Assembly (NCBI RefSeq): GCF_000092105.1
Contig: NC_014148.1
Location: forward strand, 5,340,001-5,372,000
Direction: 5' to 3'
Length of the DNA stretch: 32,000 bases
Origin: Planctopirus limnophila DSM 3776
GTDB taxonomy: Bacteria > Planctomycetota > Planctomycetia > Planctomycetales > Planctomycetaceae
The notes under the pieces are model-generated. The model worked only from the letters and a program-made list of their open reading frames with translations. It was not told the origin of the DNA and searched no databases. Below, piece by piece: positions 6,859-13,666 of this stretch. The translations under genes and the position numbers were made by a program. How positions within the stretch are numbered: the first letter of the stretch is position 1; each line of letters starts with the position of its first letter.

Positions 6859-7878
6859 ATGCCGCTGATTGTTGATCCCCCGCCAATAGAACCTTTGTTT
6901 TTGTCACCAGGTGATGTCTGGCGGCCTGGTGATATCTGGCCGCCTGTATTGGCTGGTGACAATTCACTGGCGAATGTCGCCGTCGTGACGTGCCACTTCA
7001 ACCCTTGTGCTTACCGGGCGCCGGTGCGGAATCTCCAGCGGTTCCTGCAGCGGATGGAACAGGATGCACTGCCTGTCTGGACGATTGAGCTGGTCGCCAG
7101 TGGCGAAGCGGAAGCTCCCCCTGGCCAACGCGTGCGTCAGGTTCGCTCGCAGAGTGTGCTCTGGCATAAGGAACGGCTGTTGAACCGCCTCATCGAAGAG
7201 TTGCCTCCCTCGATCGAGAAGGTGTTCTGGGTTGATGCTGATTTGTTATTCGACGATTCGACCTGGCTGATGCGAGGAGCAGCAGCGCTGGACGAGTTTC
7301 CGGTGATTCAACCGTTCCGCGAAGCGATGCACCTGGCCTGTGACGCCGGTGAGTTGGAGGCCAATACAACCTCACATGAAACCAAGGCGATGGTGAGCAT
7401 CGCGCATGCGCGAAGGTCGCACCCTGCGCGATCCGAGGACTTCGGCTGGGCACATCCAGGTTTTGCGTGGGGTGCTCGTCGTGAGATCCTCGCTCGGCAT
7501 GGGCTCTACGACCGGCATCCTTTAGGGAGCAACGACACTCTGATGGTGCTGGCGATGACCGGTTCGTGGGGGCATCCCCTTGTGGCCCAATTTCCCTCTG
7601 GGATGCGCCGTGATTATCTGAAGTGGGCCGAACCATTTTATGACGATGTGAGGGGACGCATCGGTGATATCTCCGGCATTGTAAGGCATCTCTGGCATGG
7701 CTCGCTTCGAAAGAGAGCCTACGCAGTGCGGGAACAGATCCTTCGCGAGCATAACTTCGATCCCGCCGCAGAACTCGTACAAAACATCGACGAATGCTGG
7801 GAATGGACGACTCCTGACAGTCCCCTCGCAGTGGCCGTGAAGACCTACTTTCAAGAACGCCGGGAGGATCAGCGATGA
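6859..7878 (+). CDS. Putative GT-A-fold (nucleotide-diphospho-sugar transferase-like) glycosyltransferase
   Basis: The ORF is 6814..7878 in the track. I favour the ATG at 6859, which has AGGGA 5 nt upstream; the GTG at 6814 is possible. It contains VAVVTCHFNPCAYRAP near the N-terminus and a DxD-like motif, VFWVDADLLFDD. The fold assignment rests on motifs only. Confidence 0.6.
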   Translation: MPLIVDPPPIEPLFLSPGDVWRPGDIWPPVLAGDNSLANVAVVTCHFNPCAYRAPVRNLQRFLQRMEQDALPVWTIELVASGEAEAPPGQRVRQVRSQSVLWHKERLLNRLIEELPPSIEKVFWVDADLLFDDSTWLMRGAAALDEFPVIQPFREAMHLACDAGELEANTTSHETKAMVSIAHARRSHPARSEDFGWAHPGFAWGARREILARHGLYDRHPLGSNDTLMVLAMTGSWGHPLVAQFPSGMRRDYLKWAEPFYDDVRGRIGDISGIVRHLWHGSLRKRAYAVREQILREHNFDPAAELVQNIDECWEWTTPDSPLAVAVKTYFQERREDQR

Positions 7879-8810
7879 GTATTTTCTGCGGCTGGATCAG
7901 CCGTCATCCCCACATTTTGTACCACACGCCCTTGTCAGAGCGGCAGGCGTCGCTCTTGCCGAAGGAAAGAATCACCCATTTCATCAAACAAGCATGGTTG
8001 ACGACACTTGAAGACGCCGCAAGGCAAAACGAGCAACTGACAACCTGGCGGCCTGGCGACGCGATCATCCACTGCTGCAACGAGCAATCGCTGCACGGGG
8101 CACTCTGGTCGGCTGGCATCCCTTCGTGCTACCTGCCCCACAATGCCTTTCTTGACGAGGAACTGTTCCATATTGTTCCGGAAGCCAACATCGAGTTCGA
8201 CGCGGTTTATAACGCCCGTTTCGCGCCATTCAAGCGGCATGTTTTAGCACGGAGTATCCCACGTTTGCTGTTGTTGGGAACAATCGTGGCGGAGGGGGAT
8301 GACGCCGCTTACGCCGCTCGTGTCAAGCAGGAACTGTCGCATGCAGTCTTTTCTGAAGATCGCTTTGGTCGGTGGTTGAACGAGCGGCAAGTTGCCCGGG
8401 CCGTTTCGAGTGCAGCAGTGGGGTTGTGTCTGTCGCAGGTCGAAGGGGCGATGTACGCGGCTGTGGAGTATCTGCTATGCGGCCGCCCGATCGTCTCGAC
8501 AGCGAATCAAGGCGGACGAAACGAATGGCTGCACGCTGACTTCTGCCGGATCGTCGCGACCGATCCAGACAGCATCGCCCGTGCGACGCTCGAACTGGCA
8601 AAGGAGAAGATCCCCCCGCAGCAGATTCGCGAACAGACACTGCGCCAGATGACGCATCATCGCCGCACTTTCGGAGAACTCGGCCAGATGATTTACGACC
8701 GCGAACAGACCGGCCGCGACTTTTTGCGAGACTTCTATAGTACCTTCCATCACAAACTCGGTCGCTGGATGTCAGACGAGGATTTTGAACAGGAGGTATC
8801 GACATTGTAA
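7875..8810 (+). CDS. Putative GT-B-fold glycosyltransferase (GT1/GT4-like C-terminal domain)
   Basis: 311-aa ORF whose ATG overlaps the upstream stop (ATGA at 7875-7878). EGAMYAAVEYLLCGRPIVSTANQGGRNEWL resembles the E-x7-E / G.P.v....GG motif of retaining GT-B enzymes. Confidence 0.6.
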   Translation: MSIFCGWISRHPHILYHTPLSERQASLLPKERITHFIKQAWLTTLEDAARQNEQLTTWRPGDAIIHCCNEQSLHGALWSAGIPSCYLPHNAFLDEELFHIVPEANIEFDAVYNARFAPFKRHVLARSIPRLLLLGTIVAEGDDAAYAARVKQELSHAVFSEDRFGRWLNERQVARAVSSAAVGLCLSQVEGAMYAAVEYLLCGRPIVSTANQGGRNEWLHADFCRIVATDPDSIARATLELAKEKIPPQQIREQTLRQMTHHRRTFGELGQMIYDREQTGRDFLRDFYSTFHHKLGRWMSDEDFEQEVSTL

Positions 8811-8874
8811 GGCCGATTCAGCGACCTGAGATCAGCCGGCGGAATTCTCTCTGCGATTGTTCAGGACGCAAAGT

Positions 8875-9069
8875 TCAGCAACGTTGATTGGCGATAAGCT
8901 TCCAGTATTCGTCTTCAACGACAAAATCATCGCGTGCTGATGCGAGCATAGAAATTGATGGTTTGTACGGATGGCACGCAGATGCTGTCCCCGAACGAAC
9001 CAGGCGAACTAACTCTGTTCGCTGGTCGTCCTCGAAAACCACTTCAATATTCTGATTCGACTGTGCCAT
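8875..9069 (-). pseudogene. Truncated paralog (N-terminal ~60 aa) of the small protein at 9727..10059
   Basis: This 64-aa ORF shares EVVFEDD/EIVFNPD and ...ARDDFVVEDEYWKLIA with 9727..10059. The nucleotide block 8891..8948 matches 9929..9986 at roughly 88%. The ORF stops 4 codons after the shared block and so lacks the C-terminal helical half. Confidence 0.45.
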
Positions 9070-9167
9070 CCTGGCATCCTTTCACATCCTGAACCTCCAA
9101 GATCGAGCGCGACCGAACATAAGAAGCATCTAAATAAATATCGATAGATTAACTACTACAACTACTG

Positions 9168-9740
9168 CTAGATGATTTCATCAGATTCGCAAAGCACCTC
9201 GATCAGTAGTTCATTCAGTTGAAGTTGAACGGCTTTCTGTTCGACAACCGTGATTTCGCTTTCCTTCAAACCCTGATAGAGCTTGCGAAGGTCACGCCGG
9301 CTTTTGTGGCTCCCTTTGGAGATCCAGACAAGTTTTGCCAGTGTGAAATCGGGACGACTCACAATCGGTAACGACAGATCGGTAATCATCTCGAACATGA
9401 TAGATCGGTTCAGTTCGCCTTCAATGAGTTCGCGAGGGTAAAGGTCGAGTTTCACAATGGCATGGCTATCGAGTAGCTGGAATGGTTTATTGTGCGAAAT
9501 CGCGTCACGAATTGATTTTGGAGAGTGTTGAAACGAAGTGGATGCTAATTGGTTGATGAAGTCTTCACATGAGTGGATGAGTTGCTGCCGATCGAGCACC
9601 AGATCGACATCTTGTGTCATCCTTGGATCGAGGTAGGCTGCCGAAATGATTCCGCCTGTCAGGTGAAAACGAATATTCAGATGGTTCAGTAACTGGGAGA
9701 TTTTCAAAAGTGTGTCGCGGTATTCTTCAGGAGCGAACAC
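9168..9740 (-). CDS. Minimal nucleotidyltransferase-fold protein (pol-beta superfamily-like), possible toxin-antitoxin or defence component
   Basis: HLTGGIISAAYLDPRMTQDVDLVLD fits the hG[GS]-x9-13-Dh[DE]h NTase motif, with a spacing of 13. I chose the GTG at 9740, which overlaps the upstream gene end by 14 nt. The track start at 9848 would overlap 9727..10059 by about 120 nt and adds a low-complexity S/T/K-rich stretch. Confidence 0.55.
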   Translation of the reverse strand: MFAPEEYRDTLLKISQLLNHLNIRFHLTGGIISAAYLDPRMTQDVDLVLDRQQLIHSCEDFINQLASTSFQHSPKSIRDAISHNKPFQLLDSHAIVKLDLYPRELIEGELNRSIMFEMITDLSLPIVSRPDFTLAKLVWISKGSHKSRRDLRKLYQGLKESEITVVEQKAVQLQLNELLIEVLCESDEII

Positions 9741-10059
9741 GAGAGAGATTCCTTTCGATGATTTCGCGGAGGATCGGGTTGTCGCCGTAGTGCTGGAGGG
9801 CGACTTCCCATTTGAGTTCTTCGGTGGTGAGGTCAGGCCTTTCAGCAAGCAGATTTCTGGCGGCCATCTGTCGGGCCCAGATCAGCATGCGTATGGAGCG
9901 TTCGACTTTCTCAGCCGGTGTCATGCGGGCGATGAGCTTCCAGTATTCGTCTTCAACAACAAAATCATCGTTGGCTGATGCGAACACAGAGTTTGAATGC
10001 TGCTGGCTTTTGCCAGATGCATCGGGATTGAAAACAATCTCTGGACTGAGATCGGTCAT
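9727..10059 (-). CDS. Small hypothetical protein (110 aa) upstream of and overlapping the NTase-fold gene
   Basis: Clean ORF with an ATG start and a predicted helical C-terminal half (MTPAEKVERSIRMLIWARQMAARNLLAERPDLTTEELKWEVALQHYG). Its N-terminal part is duplicated at 8875..9069. I recognise no family. Confidence 0.55.
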   Translation of the reverse strand: MTDLSPEIVFNPDASGKSQQHSNSVFASANDDFVVEDEYWKLIARMTPAEKVERSIRMLIWARQMAARNLLAERPDLTTEELKWEVALQHYGDNPILREIIERNLSRVRS

Positions 10060-10086
10060 AACGTAATCACCTTGGCTGGTGGATGC

Positions 10087-10911
10087 TCACGACAGGCCGG
10101 ATTGTTGCAGGAGTTTTCTGGTCGATTGATAGGCTTCTTTGACCCAGGCTTCAATGGCATCGGGGTCGGGGCTGTATTCGAGTTCAATGGAAATGGCACC
10201 GGGGATTTCCATCTCGCGAATGGCTTCCAGATACGGGGCGAATTGGACGACGCCGCGACCTGGCGGAAGATCGCCGTGAATTTTTCCGTCGCAATCGCTG
10301 ATATGAACATGGAAGGCCCGGCCTTTGAGTTTTTTAAGCTCTTCGGCGGGAACATGGGCTAAGCAGAGATGCGAGATATCGATGTTGGCACCGACGGCTG
10401 GCTCGCCCACATCGTTCAAGAAGCGATCCATGGCATCGACGCTATTGAGCAGCGAAAGGTGGAAGGGTTCCAGTTCGAGGGCGATTTTGAGGCCGAGTTC
10501 ACCGGCATAAGCCCCGAGTGCCTGACAGGCCTCGACGGCACTCTGCCACTGTTCTTCGGGGGGAATGACTTCCTGATTCCAGATATATTCGCCCAGAACC
10601 AGCAGCAGATTTTCGCCTCCCAGTTCGTAGACCAGGTCGAGATGTTGGACGGCTCGATCAAGATGAAACTTGCGGACGCTGGGGAACGGATCGATCAAGC
10701 CTGCTGAAACGCAGCAGATGGAGACCAGCGGCAATTCGAGTCGATCGAGTTCCCGCTGGATCGCGCGCTTTTCTGTCACGGGCAGGTCGAGGGGATCGAC
10801 GAGCAGATCGACCGTGTCAAACCCGATCTCTTTCGTTTTCTGAAGGCCCCAGACGGTTTCGCGGCCAGCCTGTCCCCAGGCAGAATTGATCAAACCTAAA
10901 CGTGACATCAT
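10087..10911 (-). CDS. Sugar phosphate isomerase/epimerase (xylose isomerase-like TIM barrel family)
   Basis: 274 aa with family-typical segments: KEIGFDTVDLLVDP, LKIALELEPF and FHVHISDCDGKIHGDLPPGRGVVQFAPYLEAIREMEIPGAISIELE. Confidence 0.8.
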   Translation of the reverse strand: MMSRLGLINSAWGQAGRETVWGLQKTKEIGFDTVDLLVDPLDLPVTEKRAIQRELDRLELPLVSICCVSAGLIDPFPSVRKFHLDRAVQHLDLVYELGGENLLLVLGEYIWNQEVIPPEEQWQSAVEACQALGAYAGELGLKIALELEPFHLSLLNSVDAMDRFLNDVGEPAVGANIDISHLCLAHVPAEELKKLKGRAFHVHISDCDGKIHGDLPPGRGVVQFAPYLEAIREMEIPGAISIELEYSPDPDAIEAWVKEAYQSTRKLLQQSGLS

Positions 10912-10999
10912 ATTTCTCCGGTGGCAGAACGGCGGTATGCTGCTTCAAAGTTGATCCCTGAGAGATCGCTTTGTCAATTCGCAGCGGGGAGGAAGGCTC

Positions 11000-11734
11000 A
11001 TGACACAACTGGATCGATTTGACGGCATGACGGTTGATGAGCTTCGAGACCGGATGAAGACAACGACAACTCCTGAGACGAGGTTTCGGGCCATGGTCGG
11101 GTTGTGTGCACTGCTGGATCAGGAAGCTGCTCATGCAGATCTGCTCGAGGCGATGGGGGATGCTGACGCTTCACTGGTGGCTTATGCCTGTAAGCAGGTC
11201 GCTCGCAGATCAAGTGTGTTTTCTGAGGAGCAGGCCGCAGAACTGAAGGGGCGACTGGAAGCATGCCTCCAGCATGAGGATCCGGATGTCAAGTTTGAAG
11301 CGGCCAGGGCGTGGGTTCATTTTCCTTTCGATGCACGCGTTGTGCATCGGCTACTGCATGAGTTGTTAAATGATTCGGAAACACAGCCACTGATGCTGGG
11401 CCCGGTTTTGAAGACTTTTGCCAAGGCCCACGGGCCTGTCGATCAACTAAAGGTCTCTTTCAAGCTGCTGGCGGATCATGAAAAGGAAGATCTTCGAGAA
11501 GCGGTGGCGGAATCGATTGGCTTATTGGGGTCGGAAGGCAGGCCTTTTGCCAGCATTCTTTTGAAGCTGCTGGACGATGAAGACCCTTTTGTGCGCGAGC
11601 GTGCCGCTCATAGTCTGGCTTTGATTGGCTCGCAAGCGGCAGAAATTGTGGAGGCGCTGAAAGCGGCTACTCAGGATGAAGATGAAGGTTGTGCGGAAGA
11701 AGCCAGGAAATCTTTGGAACAATTGCTGAAGTGA
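11000..11734 (+). CDS. HEAT-repeat protein
   Basis: 244 aa with GGAGGAAGG upstream of the ATG. It contains repeated HEAT-like helical units: DPDVKFEAARAW, DLREAVAESIGLLG, DPFVRERAAHSLALIG and DEGCAEEARKSLEQL. Confidence 0.7.
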   Translation: MTQLDRFDGMTVDELRDRMKTTTTPETRFRAMVGLCALLDQEAAHADLLEAMGDADASLVAYACKQVARRSSVFSEEQAAELKGRLEACLQHEDPDVKFEAARAWVHFPFDARVVHRLLHELLNDSETQPLMLGPVLKTFAKAHGPVDQLKVSFKLLADHEKEDLREAVAESIGLLGSEGRPFASILLKLLDDEDPFVRERAAHSLALIGSQAAEIVEALKAATQDEDEGCAEEARKSLEQLLK

Positions 11735-11921
11735 GGTTTTCCATTCGCGCAATGTTTGGGAGTGGTACTTTTCGGCTCAATATGTCCTAATGACCATTCG
11801 TGGAATACCAATTATTGATCGATGGTACCTTTGGCCTGGTCAGGGGAACGCAATGTCCGGACTTTCCAGAGCTGAAGTGAATCTCTCACAGGAAGTTTCA
11901 CAGCCCAGTCCTGCCACATCG

Positions 11922-12395
11922 ATGCTGCGGTTTGCTGTCTGTGCGGTGGTGGTCTTTGCCGCCGCTGGTTATGCATCGAGCTTCACACCTGGCCCATGGT
12001 ATCGCACGTTACAATCCCCGGTAGGGACGCCACCGAACTGGATCTTTCCTCCCGTGTGGTCTGTGCTGTATGCGCTACTGGCCATTTCCTTCTGGTGGTT
12101 CTGGGAACAGGCTGATGCAAAGCCACCCACTTCCAAACAGATTTTTCGACTTGGTGCGGCGGTCTTTGTGGCGCAACTGGTCGCCAATGCGTTGTGGAGC
12201 CAGCTCTTTTTTGGCTGGCACTGGATTGGTCTGGCACTGATCAATATCGGGTTCTTATGGCTCTCGATTCTGGCCATGCTGCTGATCTTTCGCCGAAATT
12301 CCCCACTGGCGGCGAACCTATTGCTGCCCTATCTGGCATGGGTGGGATATGCGACGTATCTAAATGCGGGATTTGTGTATCTGAATCGTGAATGA
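11922..12395 (+). CDS. tspO: TspO/MBR family tryptophan-rich sensory protein
   Basis: PGPWYRTLQSPVGTPPNWIFPPVWSVLYALLAISFWWFW plus five hydrophobic segments is typical of TspO. The start is uncertain. I used the ATG at 11922 (MLRFAVCAVVVF), which gives the usual ~157 aa. The track ORF starts at 11790. Confidence 0.8.
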   Translation: MLRFAVCAVVVFAAAGYASSFTPGPWYRTLQSPVGTPPNWIFPPVWSVLYALLAISFWWFWEQADAKPPTSKQIFRLGAAVFVAQLVANALWSQLFFGWHWIGLALINIGFLWLSILAMLLIFRRNSPLAANLLLPYLAWVGYATYLNAGFVYLNRE

Positions 12396-12462
12396 ACTCA
12401 CAGATTGAACGTCGTGAAGTTCAATTTCTCTGCGTCTGCCCAAATCGAAATCAGGTGAGGCA

Positions 12463-13299
12463 ATGCGGCATATCATCAATCAGTTTTGTCCTGCGGCATT
12501 GCGAGCGATTTTCACTCACGCGGAAGCAAGCAAAAAATCATCGCGCCGGCTGTCCGTGTGGTCTGTGGGATTCGTGATACTTTTCGCTGCTGCTGGCTCG
12601 CCGGGAATGGCAAATGAGCCGCCAGTCGCACTCGAACCGGCACCTCGCTATACCTTTCGCGAAGATCATGACCCCAACGGAACTGGCAAGTTCTACATGG
12701 GACGTGAGATTGCTCTGGTGATGAGTTTTCACGGAGCACCCTGGCTGGAACGACCCGAGCGTGAAGAAGAAGAGCGGCTCTCGAAACTGGTACAACTCCT
12801 CGATCTGAAGCCCAATCAGGTAGCGGCTGATATTGGTGCCGGCTCAGGAGTGATCACGATGATGATGGCCGATCAAGTCGGGCCCAAAGGGAAGGTGCTC
12901 GCTGTTGATATTCAGCAGGAAATGCTCGATCTGCTGGCCGATAAACTGAACCGCCGTAATCTGCTCAATGTCGATCTGGTACTGGGGACAGAGAAATCAC
13001 CGAAAATCGCACCGGGCACACTCGACCTGGCATTGATGGTCGACGTTTATCACGAGCTGGAATTTCCTTACGAGATGATGAAGGAAATGGCAGCCTCACT
13101 CAAACCTGGTGGTCGACTCGTCTTTGTCGAGTACCGCCGGGAAGATCCGGAAGTCCCGATCAAGCTGATTCACAAGATGTCTGAAGCGCAGGTTCGCAAA
13201 GAAGCGGAGCAACCTGAGTTTGGCCTCAAATGGAAGGCCACTCATAAAGACCTGCCCCGGCAGCATGTCATCGTCTTTGAGAAATCCGCCCAGAAATAG
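12463..13299 (+). CDS. Class I SAM-dependent methyltransferase with an N-terminal signal/anchor segment
   Basis: Motif I is VAADIGAGSGVITMMMA, followed by KVLAVDIQ and LDLALMVDVYHE. The N-terminus has KKSSRR followed by a hydrophobic stretch, LSVWSVGFVILFAAAGSPG. An alternative cytoplasmic start at 12607 (MANEPP) is possible. Confidence 0.8.
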   Translation: MRHIINQFCPAALRAIFTHAEASKKSSRRLSVWSVGFVILFAAAGSPGMANEPPVALEPAPRYTFREDHDPNGTGKFYMGREIALVMSFHGAPWLERPEREEEERLSKLVQLLDLKPNQVAADIGAGSGVITMMMADQVGPKGKVLAVDIQQEMLDLLADKLNRRNLLNVDLVLGTEKSPKIAPGTLDLALMVDVYHELEFPYEMMKEMAASLKPGGRLVFVEYRREDPEVPIKLIHKMSEAQVRKEAEQPEFGLKWKATHKDLPRQHVIVFEKSAQK

Positions 13300-13324
13300 A
13301 ACACAGAAATAAACATCGGACGAG

Positions 13325-13398
13325 ATGAAATCAGGCCATTAAAGACACTCTTTCGCTTTGACAGGAACTCAAAGCAAGAGCGATTATTCCCGTTTGGC
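13325..13398. repeat. Direct repeat DR1: copy of the gspE 3' end plus a terminator-like hairpin
   Basis: 13325..13398 aligns with 13590..13666, e.g. taaagacactctttcgctttgacaggaactcaaagcaagagcgattattcccgtttggc versus taaagacaactctctcgctttgacaggaactcaaagtaagagcgattattctcgtttggc. Confidence 0.8.
13348..13380. terminator. Hairpin in DR1, a candidate terminator downstream of the methyltransferase gene
   Basis: The arms are ctctttcgctttga and tcaaagcaagag, with loop caggaac. That gives 12 bp of pairing with a 2-nt bulge. It lies 49 nt after the stop at 13299. The following U-tract is weak (gattattcc). Confidence 0.4.
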
Positions 13399-13400
13399 AG

Positions 13401-13562
13401 CGGGTGGCTGGGGTCGGATGTCTGCATCCGCCCCCAGATCAATCGAGTTCACCAGTACAAGTGCATCTGTAAACTTCCTCATAACTCCCCAGCAGAATTG
13501 CCATGAGGAATTCACGTCATTCGATCTGGGGGCAAACGAGGACGTTTGACCCCAGCCACCCG
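13401..13562. repeat. 162-nt compound inverted repeat (long imperfect hairpin); MITE-like element or structured RNA candidate
   Basis: Outer arms: cgggtggctggggtc (13401-13415) pairs perfectly with gaccccagccacccg (13548-13562). Second tier: cccccagatc (13431-13440) pairs with gatctggggg (13523-13532). Inner tier: ttcctcat (13475-13482) pairs with atgaggaa (13503-13510). Each arm also carries a small local hairpin (ggatg-tctg-catcc and caaacg-agga-cgtttg). Confidence 0.75.
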
Positions 13563-13589
13563 GTTATCGAGTCACTCGACTGCATACTG

Positions 13590-13666
13590 ATGAAGATCGG
13601 GCCGGTAAAGACAACTCTCTCGCTTTGACAGGAACTCAAAGTAAGAGCGATTATTCTCGTTTGGCG
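13590..13666. repeat. Direct repeat DR2, overlapping the last five codons and stop of gspE
   Basis: See DR1. It also contains the hairpin 13615..13647 (ctctctcgctttga / tcaaagtaagag), located just after the gspE stop. Confidence 0.8.

Noticed and set aside
7190-8805. Minus-strand ORFs 7190..7636, 7522..7854, 7935..8240, 8323..8805 and 8475..8753
   Set aside because: They are antisense to the two plus-strand glycosyltransferase ORFs. Their products are Arg/Ser/Pro-rich and show no motifs.
9450-9560. HEPN-like R-x4-H string (RDAISH) in the NTase-fold protein
   Set aside because: It is a six-residue pattern with a high chance-occurrence rate, and no surrounding HEPN helical context could be verified. 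It is mentioned only as a caveat in the finding.
10056-10707. ORFs 9997..10362 (+), 10056..10355 (-), 10369..10707 (+) and 10416..10661 (-)
   Set aside because: They are alternative-frame or antisense ORFs nested in the sugar-phosphate isomerase gene, which has a clear family signature.
13358-13549. 63-aa ORF inside the inverted-repeat element
   Set aside because: It has a TTG start and no SD, and it spans both arms of a hairpin. Its open frame is most simply a by-product of the repeat.
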